Assembly: GCA_963737265.1 (NCBI GenBank)
Contig: CAVTRY010000007.1
Coordinates: forward strand, 32,001-96,000
Source of the DNA: an uncultured delta proteobacterium
Lineage (GTDB): Bacteria > Myxococcota_A > Polyangia > Fen-1088
Direction: 5' to 3'
Length of the DNA stretch: 64,000 bases
In this document: positions 18,545 to 27,652 of the stretch, piece by piece
Layout of the letters: each line of letters starts with the position of its first letter
How positions within the stretch are numbered: position 1 is the first letter of the stretch
Position numbers and translations under genes: made by a program
The notes under the pieces: generated by a model
Seen by the model: the letters and a program-made list of their open reading frames with translations, nothing else
Told to the model about the DNA's origin: nothing
Databases searched by the model: none

Positions 18545-20614
18545 CTAGATTTCCGCTTCGGCGAGGGAGAATTTGTTGTTCTTCTCGTAGAGGACCTTGA
18601 AGGTCGGGCGCGTCTCCTGCGGCAGAAGCTGTTGCAGATGACTCTGTCGGCCGCGTTCGAACAGAATGAAGATGCGCCGGCCGCGATGGTTGGCGATCCA
18701 TTCCTTCATCTGGTCGTCGGCGCCGTCCTGGTCGAACACGGTTCGGTCTTCCTTGGGCCCTTCGTAGATCTCGTTCTTCGTGTAAAAGGTCTCGCCCCGC
18801 CAGTACATGTTGTAGGCAAACAGCCGCTCGTCCGGCGATCGGCGCTGGCGGTAATACTCGGCGATGGTTTCCTTCTGCGACCAGAACGGCGCCACGTCGC
18901 GCATGTACACGTCGAGCAGGAAGTAGGTCATCACGACCGACATCACGCACAGCCCGATAACCCCCGGACGCAAAAGCTTCTTCCAACCAAGCGCGAGCGT
19001 GGCGAGCGCAATCAGAACCGCCATTACCACAAGCGGCGTGCGGAAATCGAGCTCGCTCGGCCATGGCCGGCCGGTCGGGCTGTGCACGTAGTCGTAGCTG
19101 AACAGCCACAGGAACCTCTGCGCGGCGTTGCGTGCGCCAACCAGATCGGCAACGATCACGCCGAGCAGGGGAACACCGATCAGGGCCGACAGCCACGCAC
19201 GACGGACGTCCCGGCGCACGAGGATGTCGTCCAAAAAACAGCCGATTACGATGGCCAGTCCCGGGATGGCGGGCAAAACGTAGTGATGGAACTTGGTCAT
19301 GGACAGCGACACGAGGGCGTAGCCGGCGACGAACCAGATCCCGCCCAGCCAATACACCGCCTGCTTGCGCGCATCGTCCGTCTTACGCATCACCATCGTG
19401 GCCAGGGCGGCCGGCGCCAGCGCCACCCAGGGCAGAAGGCCGTAGCCCAGCTCGCGCAGGAAGTATTCGAAGCTGCCGCGGTCGCCGTGCCTTCCGAGCA
19501 TCATGCGCCGCCAGTGATTGTCGCCGAACAGCTCGTTCCAGAACGCCCAGCCATGGCGCGCAATCATGGCGTGATGCCAAGGCGCCGCAACGACGATCAT
19601 GACCAACGCCGACACAAGCACCGCAGGCAAGAGCTGCGCGCGGCGAAGGCGCTTCCAGTTCCAAGTGAAGAGCAAATACGCCAAGAAGATAATGATGGGC
19701 AGGCCCGCGCCCGCCAGGCCCTTGGCCAGCACCGCTACCCCGCACAACATCGCCGCAATGTAGAGATAAAGCGGCGCTCGGTAGCGCGCACGCGCGCACA
19801 GCCACAGGAACAGCAGCGAGCCCAAGTAGTACGGGATCATAATGACCGCGCCGTACATGAGGATTTCGTGGTCGCCGAAGGGAATCTTCACCTTGAGCTG
19901 GACGGAATCGATGATGAGCTGAGGCACGACCAGAAAGAGGAACACAGCGAGAGTGGTGAAAAACGCGGGGTGGTGCGGGTAGCTCCAAAATCCCCTCCCG
20001 CGGCGGGGCAGCACTTCGTCCTTGTCGTCAAGCAGCGCGATCGCGCCCAATGCCAGGGCCATGGTCATGGGTCCGACGAAGGCCATGTCGGTCATGGCCT
20101 GCCTTGCGATGAGCGAAAACATCGGACTCGTGGCCATGACCAGCGCGGACAGGAAACCGGCGCGCCGGGAAACGAAACGCGCCACGACCAGGTAGACGCC
20201 CCACATGGCGAGCACGCCGAGCAGGCAGAACGGCACACGCACCGCCCATTCGGTGCGCGACAGCAGCGCCATCTCGCCCGGATCGTTGCCGGGAAGGCCG
20301 ATGCGCGCGATGTGCATGCCGATGCTCATGATCCAGAACGTCAGCACTGGTTTGGACCAGAACACGTCGGCGTCACGCGGCGATCCCGGCCACCACAAAC
20401 TGATGAAATCGCCCCGCTTGGTCATCTGACGCGCGACTTCGGAGTAGTGCGTCTCCCACGGATCCCACAGGCCATAGGTGCCGGCGAATGGGATGTAAAG
20501 CAGCAGACCGACCGCGATGACCAGCAGGGTCATCTGGCGTTCACTGAGGCGGTCGAAAAAGCTCCCCACGCCGGCGGGCGCGGGGGCACAAGGTGGGCTT
20601 TCGGGGTTTGTCAC
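18545..20614 (-). CDS. ArnT/PMT_2-like (GT83/GT39) membrane glycosyltransferase
   Basis: LWDPWETHYSEVARQM, SKPVL, EWAVRVP, AMTDM, LAKG, TKFHHYVLPAIP; start uncertain (GTG 20614). Confidence 0.85.
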   Translation of the reverse strand: MTNPESPPCAPAPAGVGSFFDRLSERQMTLLVIAVGLLLYIPFAGTYGLWDPWETHYSEVARQMTKRGDFISLWWPGSPRDADVFWSKPVLTFWIMSIGMHIARIGLPGNDPGEMALLSRTEWAVRVPFCLLGVLAMWGVYLVVARFVSRRAGFLSALVMATSPMFSLIARQAMTDMAFVGPMTMALALGAIALLDDKDEVLPRRGRGFWSYPHHPAFFTTLAVFLFLVVPQLIIDSVQLKVKIPFGDHEILMYGAVIMIPYYLGSLLFLWLCARARYRAPLYLYIAAMLCGVAVLAKGLAGAGLPIIIFLAYLLFTWNWKRLRRAQLLPAVLVSALVMIVVAAPWHHAMIARHGWAFWNELFGDNHWRRMMLGRHGDRGSFEYFLRELGYGLLPWVALAPAALATMVMRKTDDARKQAVYWLGGIWFVAGYALVSLSMTKFHHYVLPAIPGLAIVIGCFLDDILVRRDVRRAWLSALIGVPLLGVIVADLVGARNAAQRFLWLFSYDYVHSPTGRPWPSELDFRTPLVVMAVLIALATLALGWKKLLRPGVIGLCVMSVVMTYFLLDVYMRDVAPFWSQKETIAEYYRQRRSPDERLFAYNMYWRGETFYTKNEIYEGPKEDRTVFDQDGADDQMKEWIANHRGRRIFILFERGRQSHLQQLLPQETRPTFKVLYEKNNKFSLAEAEI

Positions 20615-20858
20615 GGGGTCGTCCTCGTCAAGACAGGCGACTACGTCTATCACAGGAATGCAATTCCGGCGGCACCGCGGCTGTCCCATCCTTGCCCGCC
20701 ACAGCCCAAGGCGCGGTACCGCCATCCCCTTCCCTTGGCCCGCAGAACGAAAAACCCCCTCTTTCGCAATGCCAATAGATCCGGTCCACGCTTCTCTGCT
20801 CACGCTTCTCTGCTCACGTGTGCGGATGGTCCTAAAGCGCGTATGCTGCGACAGGGTT

Positions 20859-22007
20859 ATGGTTAGACCGGTCGCTGTCGTGCTGAAGAAGGATCTCAGT
20901 CGCACCCTGCGACAGGGCCATCCTTGGGTTTTCCGCGAAGCCATCGCCGGCTCACCGTCCATCCCACCGGGGGATCTCGTTGCGGTTGCCGACAAACATG
21001 GGCGCGAAGTCGCGTTCGGATACTGGGACGCCACCGGCCCAATCGCCGTGCGTGTACTTGACCTTCGTCCCGTCGACGACCCGACGGCGCTCATTCAACG
21101 CCGCCTGTACACCGCCCTCGCCATGCGGCGCGCCCGGCTCGACCTAGGTTCGACCAACGCCTTTCGCTGGGTGCACGGCGAATCCGATCGGCTCCCCGGC
21201 ATTCACGTCGATCTCTACGCCGACGTCGTTGCCGTTCGCTTCGATGGCGACGGCAGCCGCTCCTTCTTTCGCGACCTTCCGGCGATCCTGCCGAGCTGCG
21301 CGGACGGACTTTCCGTGCAACGCGTGATCGACCGCGATACCCGCAAGCACGACAGCCAAGAGGTGGAAATCGTCGAGAACGGCGTGCGCTTCATCGTCGA
21401 TGTCGGCAGAGGACAGAAAGGCGGCCTATTTCTCGATCAGCGAGAAAACCGGCAAGCCGTCTCGCTACGTGCGCGAGGAAAATCACTGCTCAACCTCTTC
21501 GGCTACACCGGTGGCTTTTCCATCTACGCCGCCAGAGCAGGCGCCCGCCGTACCGACACCGTGGACATCGCGCGCCCGGCTATCGCAGCGGCGCGCCGCA
21601 ACTTCGAATACAACCGACTCAATCTCGACCAGGCTGGATTTCACGCCATGGACGCCTTCGCCTTCCTCGACAAAGCGGTCTCGAACGGCCACACCTGGGA
21701 CATCGTGGTCTCCGACCCGCCAAGCTTTGCCCCTTCCAAAGACAGCGTTCCCGCAGCCCGTCGTTCGTACCTCCTCCTCCACCGCCTGGCCGCTCAGGTC
21801 GTGGCCAAGGGCGGTATTCTGTGCGCGGCATCCTGTTCAAGCCACCTGACCCGGCGGGAATTCCTCATCAGCGTCGAATCGGGTGTCCACCAGGCCGGTC
21901 GCCGGTTCGTACTTGAATCGTATACCGGCGCCGGCCTGGACCACCCCAGTTTGCCTGTGTTCCCCGAGGGCGATTACCTGAAATTCGCTCTCGGTAAAGT
22001 GCAGTAG
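20859..22007 (+). CDS. rlmI: RlmI/RlmK-family rRNA methyltransferase (PUA + SAM domain)
   Basis: GHPWVF, GESDRLPG, GQKGGLFLDQREN, LNLFGYTGGF, DPPSFA, ASCS, DHP...PEGDYLK. Confidence 0.85.
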   Translation: MVRPVAVVLKKDLSRTLRQGHPWVFREAIAGSPSIPPGDLVAVADKHGREVAFGYWDATGPIAVRVLDLRPVDDPTALIQRRLYTALAMRRARLDLGSTNAFRWVHGESDRLPGIHVDLYADVVAVRFDGDGSRSFFRDLPAILPSCADGLSVQRVIDRDTRKHDSQEVEIVENGVRFIVDVGRGQKGGLFLDQRENRQAVSLRARGKSLLNLFGYTGGFSIYAARAGARRTDTVDIARPAIAAARRNFEYNRLNLDQAGFHAMDAFAFLDKAVSNGHTWDIVVSDPPSFAPSKDSVPAARRSYLLLHRLAAQVVAKGGILCAASCSSHLTRREFLISVESGVHQAGRRFVLESYTGAGLDHPSLPVFPEGDYLKFALGKVQ

Positions 22008-22073
22008 CGCGACCGCTACCGCACGCGCTCTCTGTTCCGTTGCCTTGCACCTTTCCCAGCCGGTCTCCCGTGC

Positions 22074-22259
22074 CTAACGCAGGACCGTGGCGAGACGGGA
22101 AACCAAGCTGCTTGCGAGATGAACCACGATGCCGACGCCGACGACGAACCCAAGCTGTCGACCCGCCTCGCCCACCGAATCAGCCCACAGATCCACCTTC
22201 GCCTCGCTACCCACCATCGTGGTCGGTAAAACTTGAAGAACTGTCTCTGGCGTTCGCAT
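22074..22259 (-). CDS. Small hydrophobic protein (61 aa)
   Basis: Perfect Shine-Dalgarno AAAGGAGGT 8 nt upstream of the ATG; one C-terminal hydrophobic helix. Confidence 0.5.
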   Translation of the reverse strand: MRTPETVLQVLPTTMVGSEAKVDLWADSVGEAGRQLGFVVGVGIVVHLASSLVSRLATVLR

Positions 22260-22460
22260 CTCGTTTAACCTCCTTTCTTACTTAGGCACACTCACACTGT
22301 GACCTAGGGTGGGTTTCGAGTCCTCGATCAGTTTTGTTAATTTATGAAGGCTGGGTCCGATCGATTTAGAAACAAGATCTATTCCGTCCTATTTAGCTGT
22401 GGGAAAACAGGAACTTCCGCCTTCCCCTCGTTCCGACGATGCGGTGTACAATCGCCAATC

Positions 22461-22904
22461 ATGAGCGAAACAGGCGCAAGCTTCGGCGGCAAACCGCAAC
22501 GCAAATTCGAAGGTGCTGGCGGCACGCCAGGCGGGGTGGGCGAATTTTTCATCGGCGTTTTGCTGGCGGCCGTCGGTTGCTACCTGCTGTTCACGCACGT
22601 GCAGGTCCATTCGTCGTACTGGAACTTCATGGACTTTGGTGGCGCCGGCCACAGCTTCGGAATCAGCCTGCTGCCGTTGCTTTTCGGCGTCGGCATTCTG
22701 TTCGTAAACGGCCGCTCGGTGCTGGGATGGCTGCTGGCCGTGGGCGGCCTGCTCTTCATCCTGGCCGGCATCCTCGTCAACCTGGATATCTACTTCCAGC
22801 GTACGTCGCTGATGAACACGCTGATCATGCTGGGCACGATCGCAGCCGGCTTCGGCCTCATCGTCAAGGGCCTGCGCCCGCACAAGGTGAAAAGCGACAA
22901 CTAG
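22461..22904 (+). CDS. Four-TM membrane hypothetical protein
   Basis: GAGGTPGGVGEFFIG start followed by four hydrophobic helices; strong codon bias. Confidence 0.8.
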   Translation: MSETGASFGGKPQRKFEGAGGTPGGVGEFFIGVLLAAVGCYLLFTHVQVHSSYWNFMDFGGAGHSFGISLLPLLFGVGILFVNGRSVLGWLLAVGGLLFILAGILVNLDIYFQRTSLMNTLIMLGTIAAGFGLIVKGLRPHKVKSDN

Positions 22905-22946
22905 GCTTGCACTCGGCTGCGTCGAGTGGGTATCACGGGTGTAGTC

Positions 22947-24783
22947 GTGTCCACCGTTCGAGCTTCTGGCGCCCGCCAAGGATTTGGAAGCCGGTATTGC
23001 CGCCATCAATTGCGGCGCCGACGCTGTCTATGCCGGTGCCCCGCGCTTCGGCGCGCGCGAGGCGGCGGGGAACTCGCTGGCAGATATTGAGGTTTTGGCG
23101 GCCCACGCGCATCGCTACTGGGCCAAGGTCTATGCCGCGGTCAATACCATCCTACACGACGACGAAATCGAGGCGGCCGTCCACCTGTGCCACGATCTGC
23201 ATCGTGCGGGCGTGGATGGACTCATCATCCAGGACGCGGGCCTGCTCGAATGCGATTTGCCGCCCCTGCCGCTGATCGCCAGCACGCAGATGCACAACCA
23301 CATTCCGGAGCGTGTGGCCTTCCTCGAAAGCGTCGGCTTTGCGCGCGCGATCCTGGCGCGCGAGCTCGATCTCGACCAGATCCGTGCGATCCGCGCCGCC
23401 ACATCCATCGAGCTGGAGGTCTTCATTCACGGCGCCCTGTGCGTTTGCATGAGCGGCCAGTGTACCCTTAGCTACGCCATGGGCGGACGCAGCGGCAACC
23501 GCGGCCAATGCGCGCAACCTTGCCGCCGCGCCTATTCCTTGGTCGACGCCAACGGCACGAGCGTGGTCGCCGATCGCCACCTACTTTCGCTGCGCGATTT
23601 GAACCTGACACCTCACCTCGGCGCCCTACTCGACGCCGGCGTGACCTCGTTCAAAATCGAAGGGCGCCTCAAGAACAAGTCCTACGTCATGAATGTCGTC
23701 GGCCACTATCGCCAAGCCCTGGATCGCGTGCTTGCCGACCGAGGCGACCGCAAGGCCTCGTCGGGGACCACAACCCTCGACTTCGTTCCCAACCCCGACA
23801 AGACTTTCAATCGCGGCTACACCACCTATTTCCTGACCGGCCGAGGCGCCGACGTGGCCTCGCCCGATTCGCCCAAGCACGTGGGCGAACCGCTTGGTCA
23901 CGTCGTCGCCGTGGGCAGCGATTGGTTCACCTTGGATGCGCCTTTGCCACTGCGAAGGGGCGACGGCATCACCTTCTTCGGCATCGACCATCAGCTTGCG
24001 GGAACGCGGGTCAACCAGGCCGAGGGCCCAACCATATTCCCGCAAGCGCTCGACGGTCTCGTGCGTGGCGCACGCGTATTTCGCAACCACGATCATGCGT
24101 TCGCAGCGCTCATCGCCAAGAGCCGTCCCACGCGCAAGATCGCCGTCGACCTCAGGCTTGGCGAAACATCCGACGGAATTGTTCTCGAAGCCATCGACGA
24201 GGATGGTGTGCGAGCAAGCGCTGCGTTGGCTTGCGACCGGATCGCGGCCGACAAGCCGGCACAAGCGCAGACGGTCGTGGCACAGCAGTTGGCCAAGCTG
24301 GGCGACACCGAGTTCGTCGCCAGGCACATCGACATCGCGTGGACCACGCCGCTTCACCTGCCGGTGAGCCAGATCAATTCGCAGCGTCGCGCGTTGGCCG
24401 AGAATCTGGCCGCCGCCCGTGCGCAAGCGCGCCCCGTGCAATCCTCGTCCATCACGCCTTGTGGGCTGCCCTTTCCCGAGGACAGGCTCTCCTACCTCGG
24501 CAACGTCCTCAACCAAAAGGCCGCCGCGTTCTATCGCCGCCACCACGTGACCGACATCGAACCGGCCGCGGAAAGCGGCCTCGCTCTCGCGGGCCGCACC
24601 GTGATGACCACGCGCTACTGCCTCAAATACGAGCTTGGATGCTGTCCGCGCGACCATCGTTCGCCAAACACAGCCGCACCGCCCGAACCTTGGTTTCTCG
24701 TCGACGACGAACGTCGCCGGCTGGGCTTGCGCTTTCTCTGTGCCGAGAAAAGCTGCGTGATGAAGATCGTCTACCTCGGCTAA
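22947..24783 (+). CDS. Peptidase U32-family protein with C-terminal DUF3656-like region (RlhA-like rRNA hydroxylation protein)
   Basis: ELLAPA, GADAVY, ASTQ, LARE, HGALC..SGQC, NRGQCAQPCR, KIEGR; GTG at 22947 joins the frame if one T at 22957-22958 is removed. Confidence 0.88.
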
Positions 24784-24866
24784 CTCCAAATCAGGAATGC
24801 GGTACGCGCCACCCGCCTAGTGTGCACGAACGAAGCGCACCTTGCCTACTCCTCCGGATTTTCCTG

Positions 24867-26027
24867 TCACAGCACCGAGGCCACGCCCAGCACCATTCCC
24901 GTGCCGCTCGCCACCGGCGTGAGGGTCGGCATGAGACGTTCGGCGAACCCCGGATCGCGATGTCTTCTTGGCACATCGGCTTCCATGTCCCGCGTGAGCA
25001 ACCAAGCCGTGGTGAGCCCGGCGGCCATGCCCAGGCTGGTCGACGTCAACGCCCCCCGGCCGCTGGCGTTTCGATCCTGGATCGCCAAGTAGAGCCCGCC
25101 CGAAAGCAGGCCACCGCTCAGCCCTCCGAGATCGACGAAACGAACGCGCGCGATCGAAGGCGAAACCTCCGCCCCGACCAACGCGCCGGCCACGGCGCCG
25201 GCGTTGAGAGCGATAGCCGAGGACAGGAGTGCCGTGTCGGCGTGATTACTTGCGCCGCCGGCAAGCGTACCGGCGACCAGCCCGCTCCACATGGCCGCCG
25301 ACGCCATCAACGACGCCCGGCCCGGTGTGGTGCCGTAAGCGGCACCGACGCTACCACCGGCGATCGCGCCCAGGGTTCCCAAGCCCCAGATCAAGGTCGC
25401 CACGTTCTGACCACTCCATTCGGAGGAATTCGGCACGCTGGCTTGACGCCACAGAATCCAGGTAATGCCCTCCTCGAATCCAACGTACATTCCCGACACG
25501 ATCGACTGGGCTACGCCGTAGCCGACATGGGCGTTGTTGTCCAGCGCCGCCACGATGCCGGCCGACGCTCCGGCCAACGCCAGCGGCGGAAGGATGATGC
25601 CGCCGGCAGACTTTGCGTTGGTGCGCGTGTCCAGCACGACCCCGGCGTACAATCCGTACAGGACCGCGTTGGTATAGAGGATGGCAAGCTCGTCGGTGGT
25701 CCGCCGATCTTCGAGCAGCTTGGGCGGGTTAAGCGCCATCCTTTCCGGTGTGGTGAGAAGAAATCCGCCCGCCACCCAGGTCCGACACGCGCCCAGCATC
25801 TCGCTGGCGACGATTCGACGCTCTCGGTCCGGCGCGGACGACACAAGGCTTTCGAACTTCGACGCTGCGGCTTGAAAATGCCCTGCCAACATCTCGGCAC
25901 GCGCCTCGACATAGCCTGCGGACCACTGATCATCCGTCACGGACCCACCCGCGTCCGGGGCGGCCAAAGCCGGCAAGCCGACGGCGGAAACGCCCAAAAT
26001 CAAGACCAGTGCGTACGCCGATTTCAT
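24867..26027 (-). CDS. Gly/Ala-rich exported membrane hypothetical protein
   Basis: Signal peptide (ALA-A), short TPR-like helices, then many Gly-rich hydrophobic segments. Confidence 0.75.
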   Translation of the reverse strand: MKSAYALVLILGVSAVGLPALAAPDAGGSVTDDQWSAGYVEARAEMLAGHFQAAASKFESLVSSAPDRERRIVASEMLGACRTWVAGGFLLTTPERMALNPPKLLEDRRTTDELAILYTNAVLYGLYAGVVLDTRTNAKSAGGIILPPLALAGASAGIVAALDNNAHVGYGVAQSIVSGMYVGFEEGITWILWRQASVPNSSEWSGQNVATLIWGLGTLGAIAGGSVGAAYGTTPGRASLMASAAMWSGLVAGTLAGGASNHADTALLSSAIALNAGAVAGALVGAEVSPSIARVRFVDLGGLSGGLLSGGLYLAIQDRNASGRGALTSTSLGMAAGLTTAWLLTRDMEADVPRRHRDPGFAERLMPTLTPVASGTGMVLGVASVL

Positions 26028-26042
26028 GGTGGCTGGCATCTG

Positions 26043-26058
26043 AGCAAAGCGGCTGCCA
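26043..26058 (-). promoter_or_regulatory. Possible sigma-54 (-24/-12) promoter
   Basis: Minus strand TGGCAGCCGCTTTGCT vs consensus TGGCACGNNNNTTGCW, correct spacing, 15 nt upstream of the ATG at 26027. Confidence 0.3.
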
Positions 26059-26172
26059 AGTCCGAAAGTCTAGCGAAGGCGCGCTCATTGGCGGCAAAGT
26101 GGGCGCCAACCAGTCAGACTTTCACCACCATGCGACGCGGTAACGCGCCCGTGGTGACCGGGGATCTGACCG

Positions 26173-27393
26173 CTACTCCGAAGCGAGCTGCACGCAGACC
26201 GCGACCGCTTCCATCGCCTTACGCACCTGATCGAGCGGAGGGCGAGTGGGCGAGATGCGAATGTTGCGGTCGTTGGGATCTTTGCCAAACGGATAGGTCG
26301 CCCCGGCCGGCGTCAGCGCCACGCCCGCTTCCTTGGCCAGCTGAACGACCGCGCTGGCCACCGGCTTTTCGGTGTCGAGGCTGACGAAGTAGCCACCCTT
26401 GGGCCGCGTCCAACGCGCCAGCCCCGTGCCGCCGAGCTCGCGCGACAGAACTTCCTCGACCGCCGCGAACTTGGGCGCAAGCAGCCTGGCGTGGGCCTTC
26501 ATCACGCCGCCGATGCCGCCGGGATAGCGGCCAAGAAACAGAACGTGCCGGTACTGCTCGACCTTGTTGGGCGTGATCATCTGCGTGCCCATCAGCTCGC
26601 CGATCCAAGCGACGGTTTCCTTGCTGCCGGCGAGGAAGCTGACCCCGGCGCCGGCGAAGGTGATCTTGGAGGTGGAGCCGAACAGCACCACGCGCGTGGG
26701 GTTCCCCGCCTTTTTCGCCGCGCCGAGAAGATCGGGATGGGCCGGCGGCGTGTCGTCGAGGTGGTGAACGGCATAGGCATCGTCGGCGAAGATGGTGAAG
26801 TCCGACGCCGCCGTCTTCATCGCGCCCAGGCGATCGGCAACGGCCTGCGACGTTGTGTCGCCAGTCGGGTTGCTGTAGGTGGGCACGTAGAGCAAGCCCT
26901 TGACGGTTGGGTCGGAGCCAGCCAGGCGCTCGATGGCTGCGATGTCGGGTCCGTCCGCGGTCATGCCCACCGGAAGCATGGTGATGCCGAGCCGTTCCAG
27001 CATGAGGAAGTGACGGTCGTAGCCGGGCACGGTGACGATGAATTTCACCTCGCCACGGCCCCACGCCGCCGGGCTGCCCGGCACCCCCTTGAGCATGGCC
27101 CACATGAGCACGTTGCCAAGCAGCGCCAGGCTGGCATTATTGCCCACGATGACTTCGTCCGGCTGCACGCCAAGCACCGGCGCGAACAGCTCGCGCGCTT
27201 CCTTGAGGCCCGCGATGCCACCAGGATAATTGCGCAAGGCAACGCCGCTTGGCGTGACGAGCGACTCTTCGTCCACGATGGTCAGCATGGGATTCGAGAC
27301 GTCGAAGTTGTCATCCCCGGGCTGCCCGCGCGTGAGATCCAGCTTGAGACCCAAGGCTCGCAGGGCATCGTAGCGGTCGCGTGTTTTGCTCAT
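26173..27393 (-). CDS. PLP-dependent aminotransferase class I/II (aspartate aminotransferase, Rv3722c/AspAT Ic-like)
   Basis: LDLTRG.P, VPGYDRHF, VPTYSNPTG, DDAYAVH, STSKITFAG (PLP Lys), PKGGYF, NIRISPT. Confidence 0.9.
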   Translation of the reverse strand: MSKTRDRYDALRALGLKLDLTRGQPGDDNFDVSNPMLTIVDEESLVTPSGVALRNYPGGIAGLKEARELFAPVLGVQPDEVIVGNNASLALLGNVLMWAMLKGVPGSPAAWGRGEVKFIVTVPGYDRHFLMLERLGITMLPVGMTADGPDIAAIERLAGSDPTVKGLLYVPTYSNPTGDTTSQAVADRLGAMKTAASDFTIFADDAYAVHHLDDTPPAHPDLLGAAKKAGNPTRVVLFGSTSKITFAGAGVSFLAGSKETVAWIGELMGTQMITPNKVEQYRHVLFLGRYPGGIGGVMKAHARLLAPKFAAVEEVLSRELGGTGLARWTRPKGGYFVSLDTEKPVASAVVQLAKEAGVALTPAGATYPFGKDPNDRNIRISPTRPPLDQVRKAMEAVAVCVQLASE

Positions 27394-27652
27394 GGTCTGG
27401 TTGAAATGCCCCATCGCGGACAAAAAATCCAGCCTGAACCGACGGCGACGACTGGTTTCCTTCCATCGTGTACGTTGCTATTTCCCGGCTACTTTCTCGC
27501 TATTTCCTTTCAACCACGACCAGGACCTCCTCGGCGTGGAGGCTATCCTCCGGGCGCCAGGGTCGCACCGAGCCATCGGTGAAACTGTGACCGGCCACGA
27601 TGCGCACGTTCGCTGCGACGCCAAGGTGAGCGCGGCCGCTGGCGGCCGTGGT

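Noticed and set aside
22305-22326. GGGTTTCGAGTCC resembling a tRNA T-loop
   Set aside because: No complete T-stem, acceptor stem or anticodon arm could be folded
14703-24783. rplM-rpsI, RlmI-like and RlhA-like genes as a ribosome-modification cluster
   Set aside because: They are interspersed with unrelated genes in mixed orientation; no sign of an operon
23508-26384. 958-aa + strand ORF and other long overlapping or antisense ORFs (e.g. 18542-20866, 27938-30595, 54749-57166)
   Set aside because: Shadow ORFs expected in high-GC DNA; Arg/Pro-rich, no motifs, and they overlap well-supported genes
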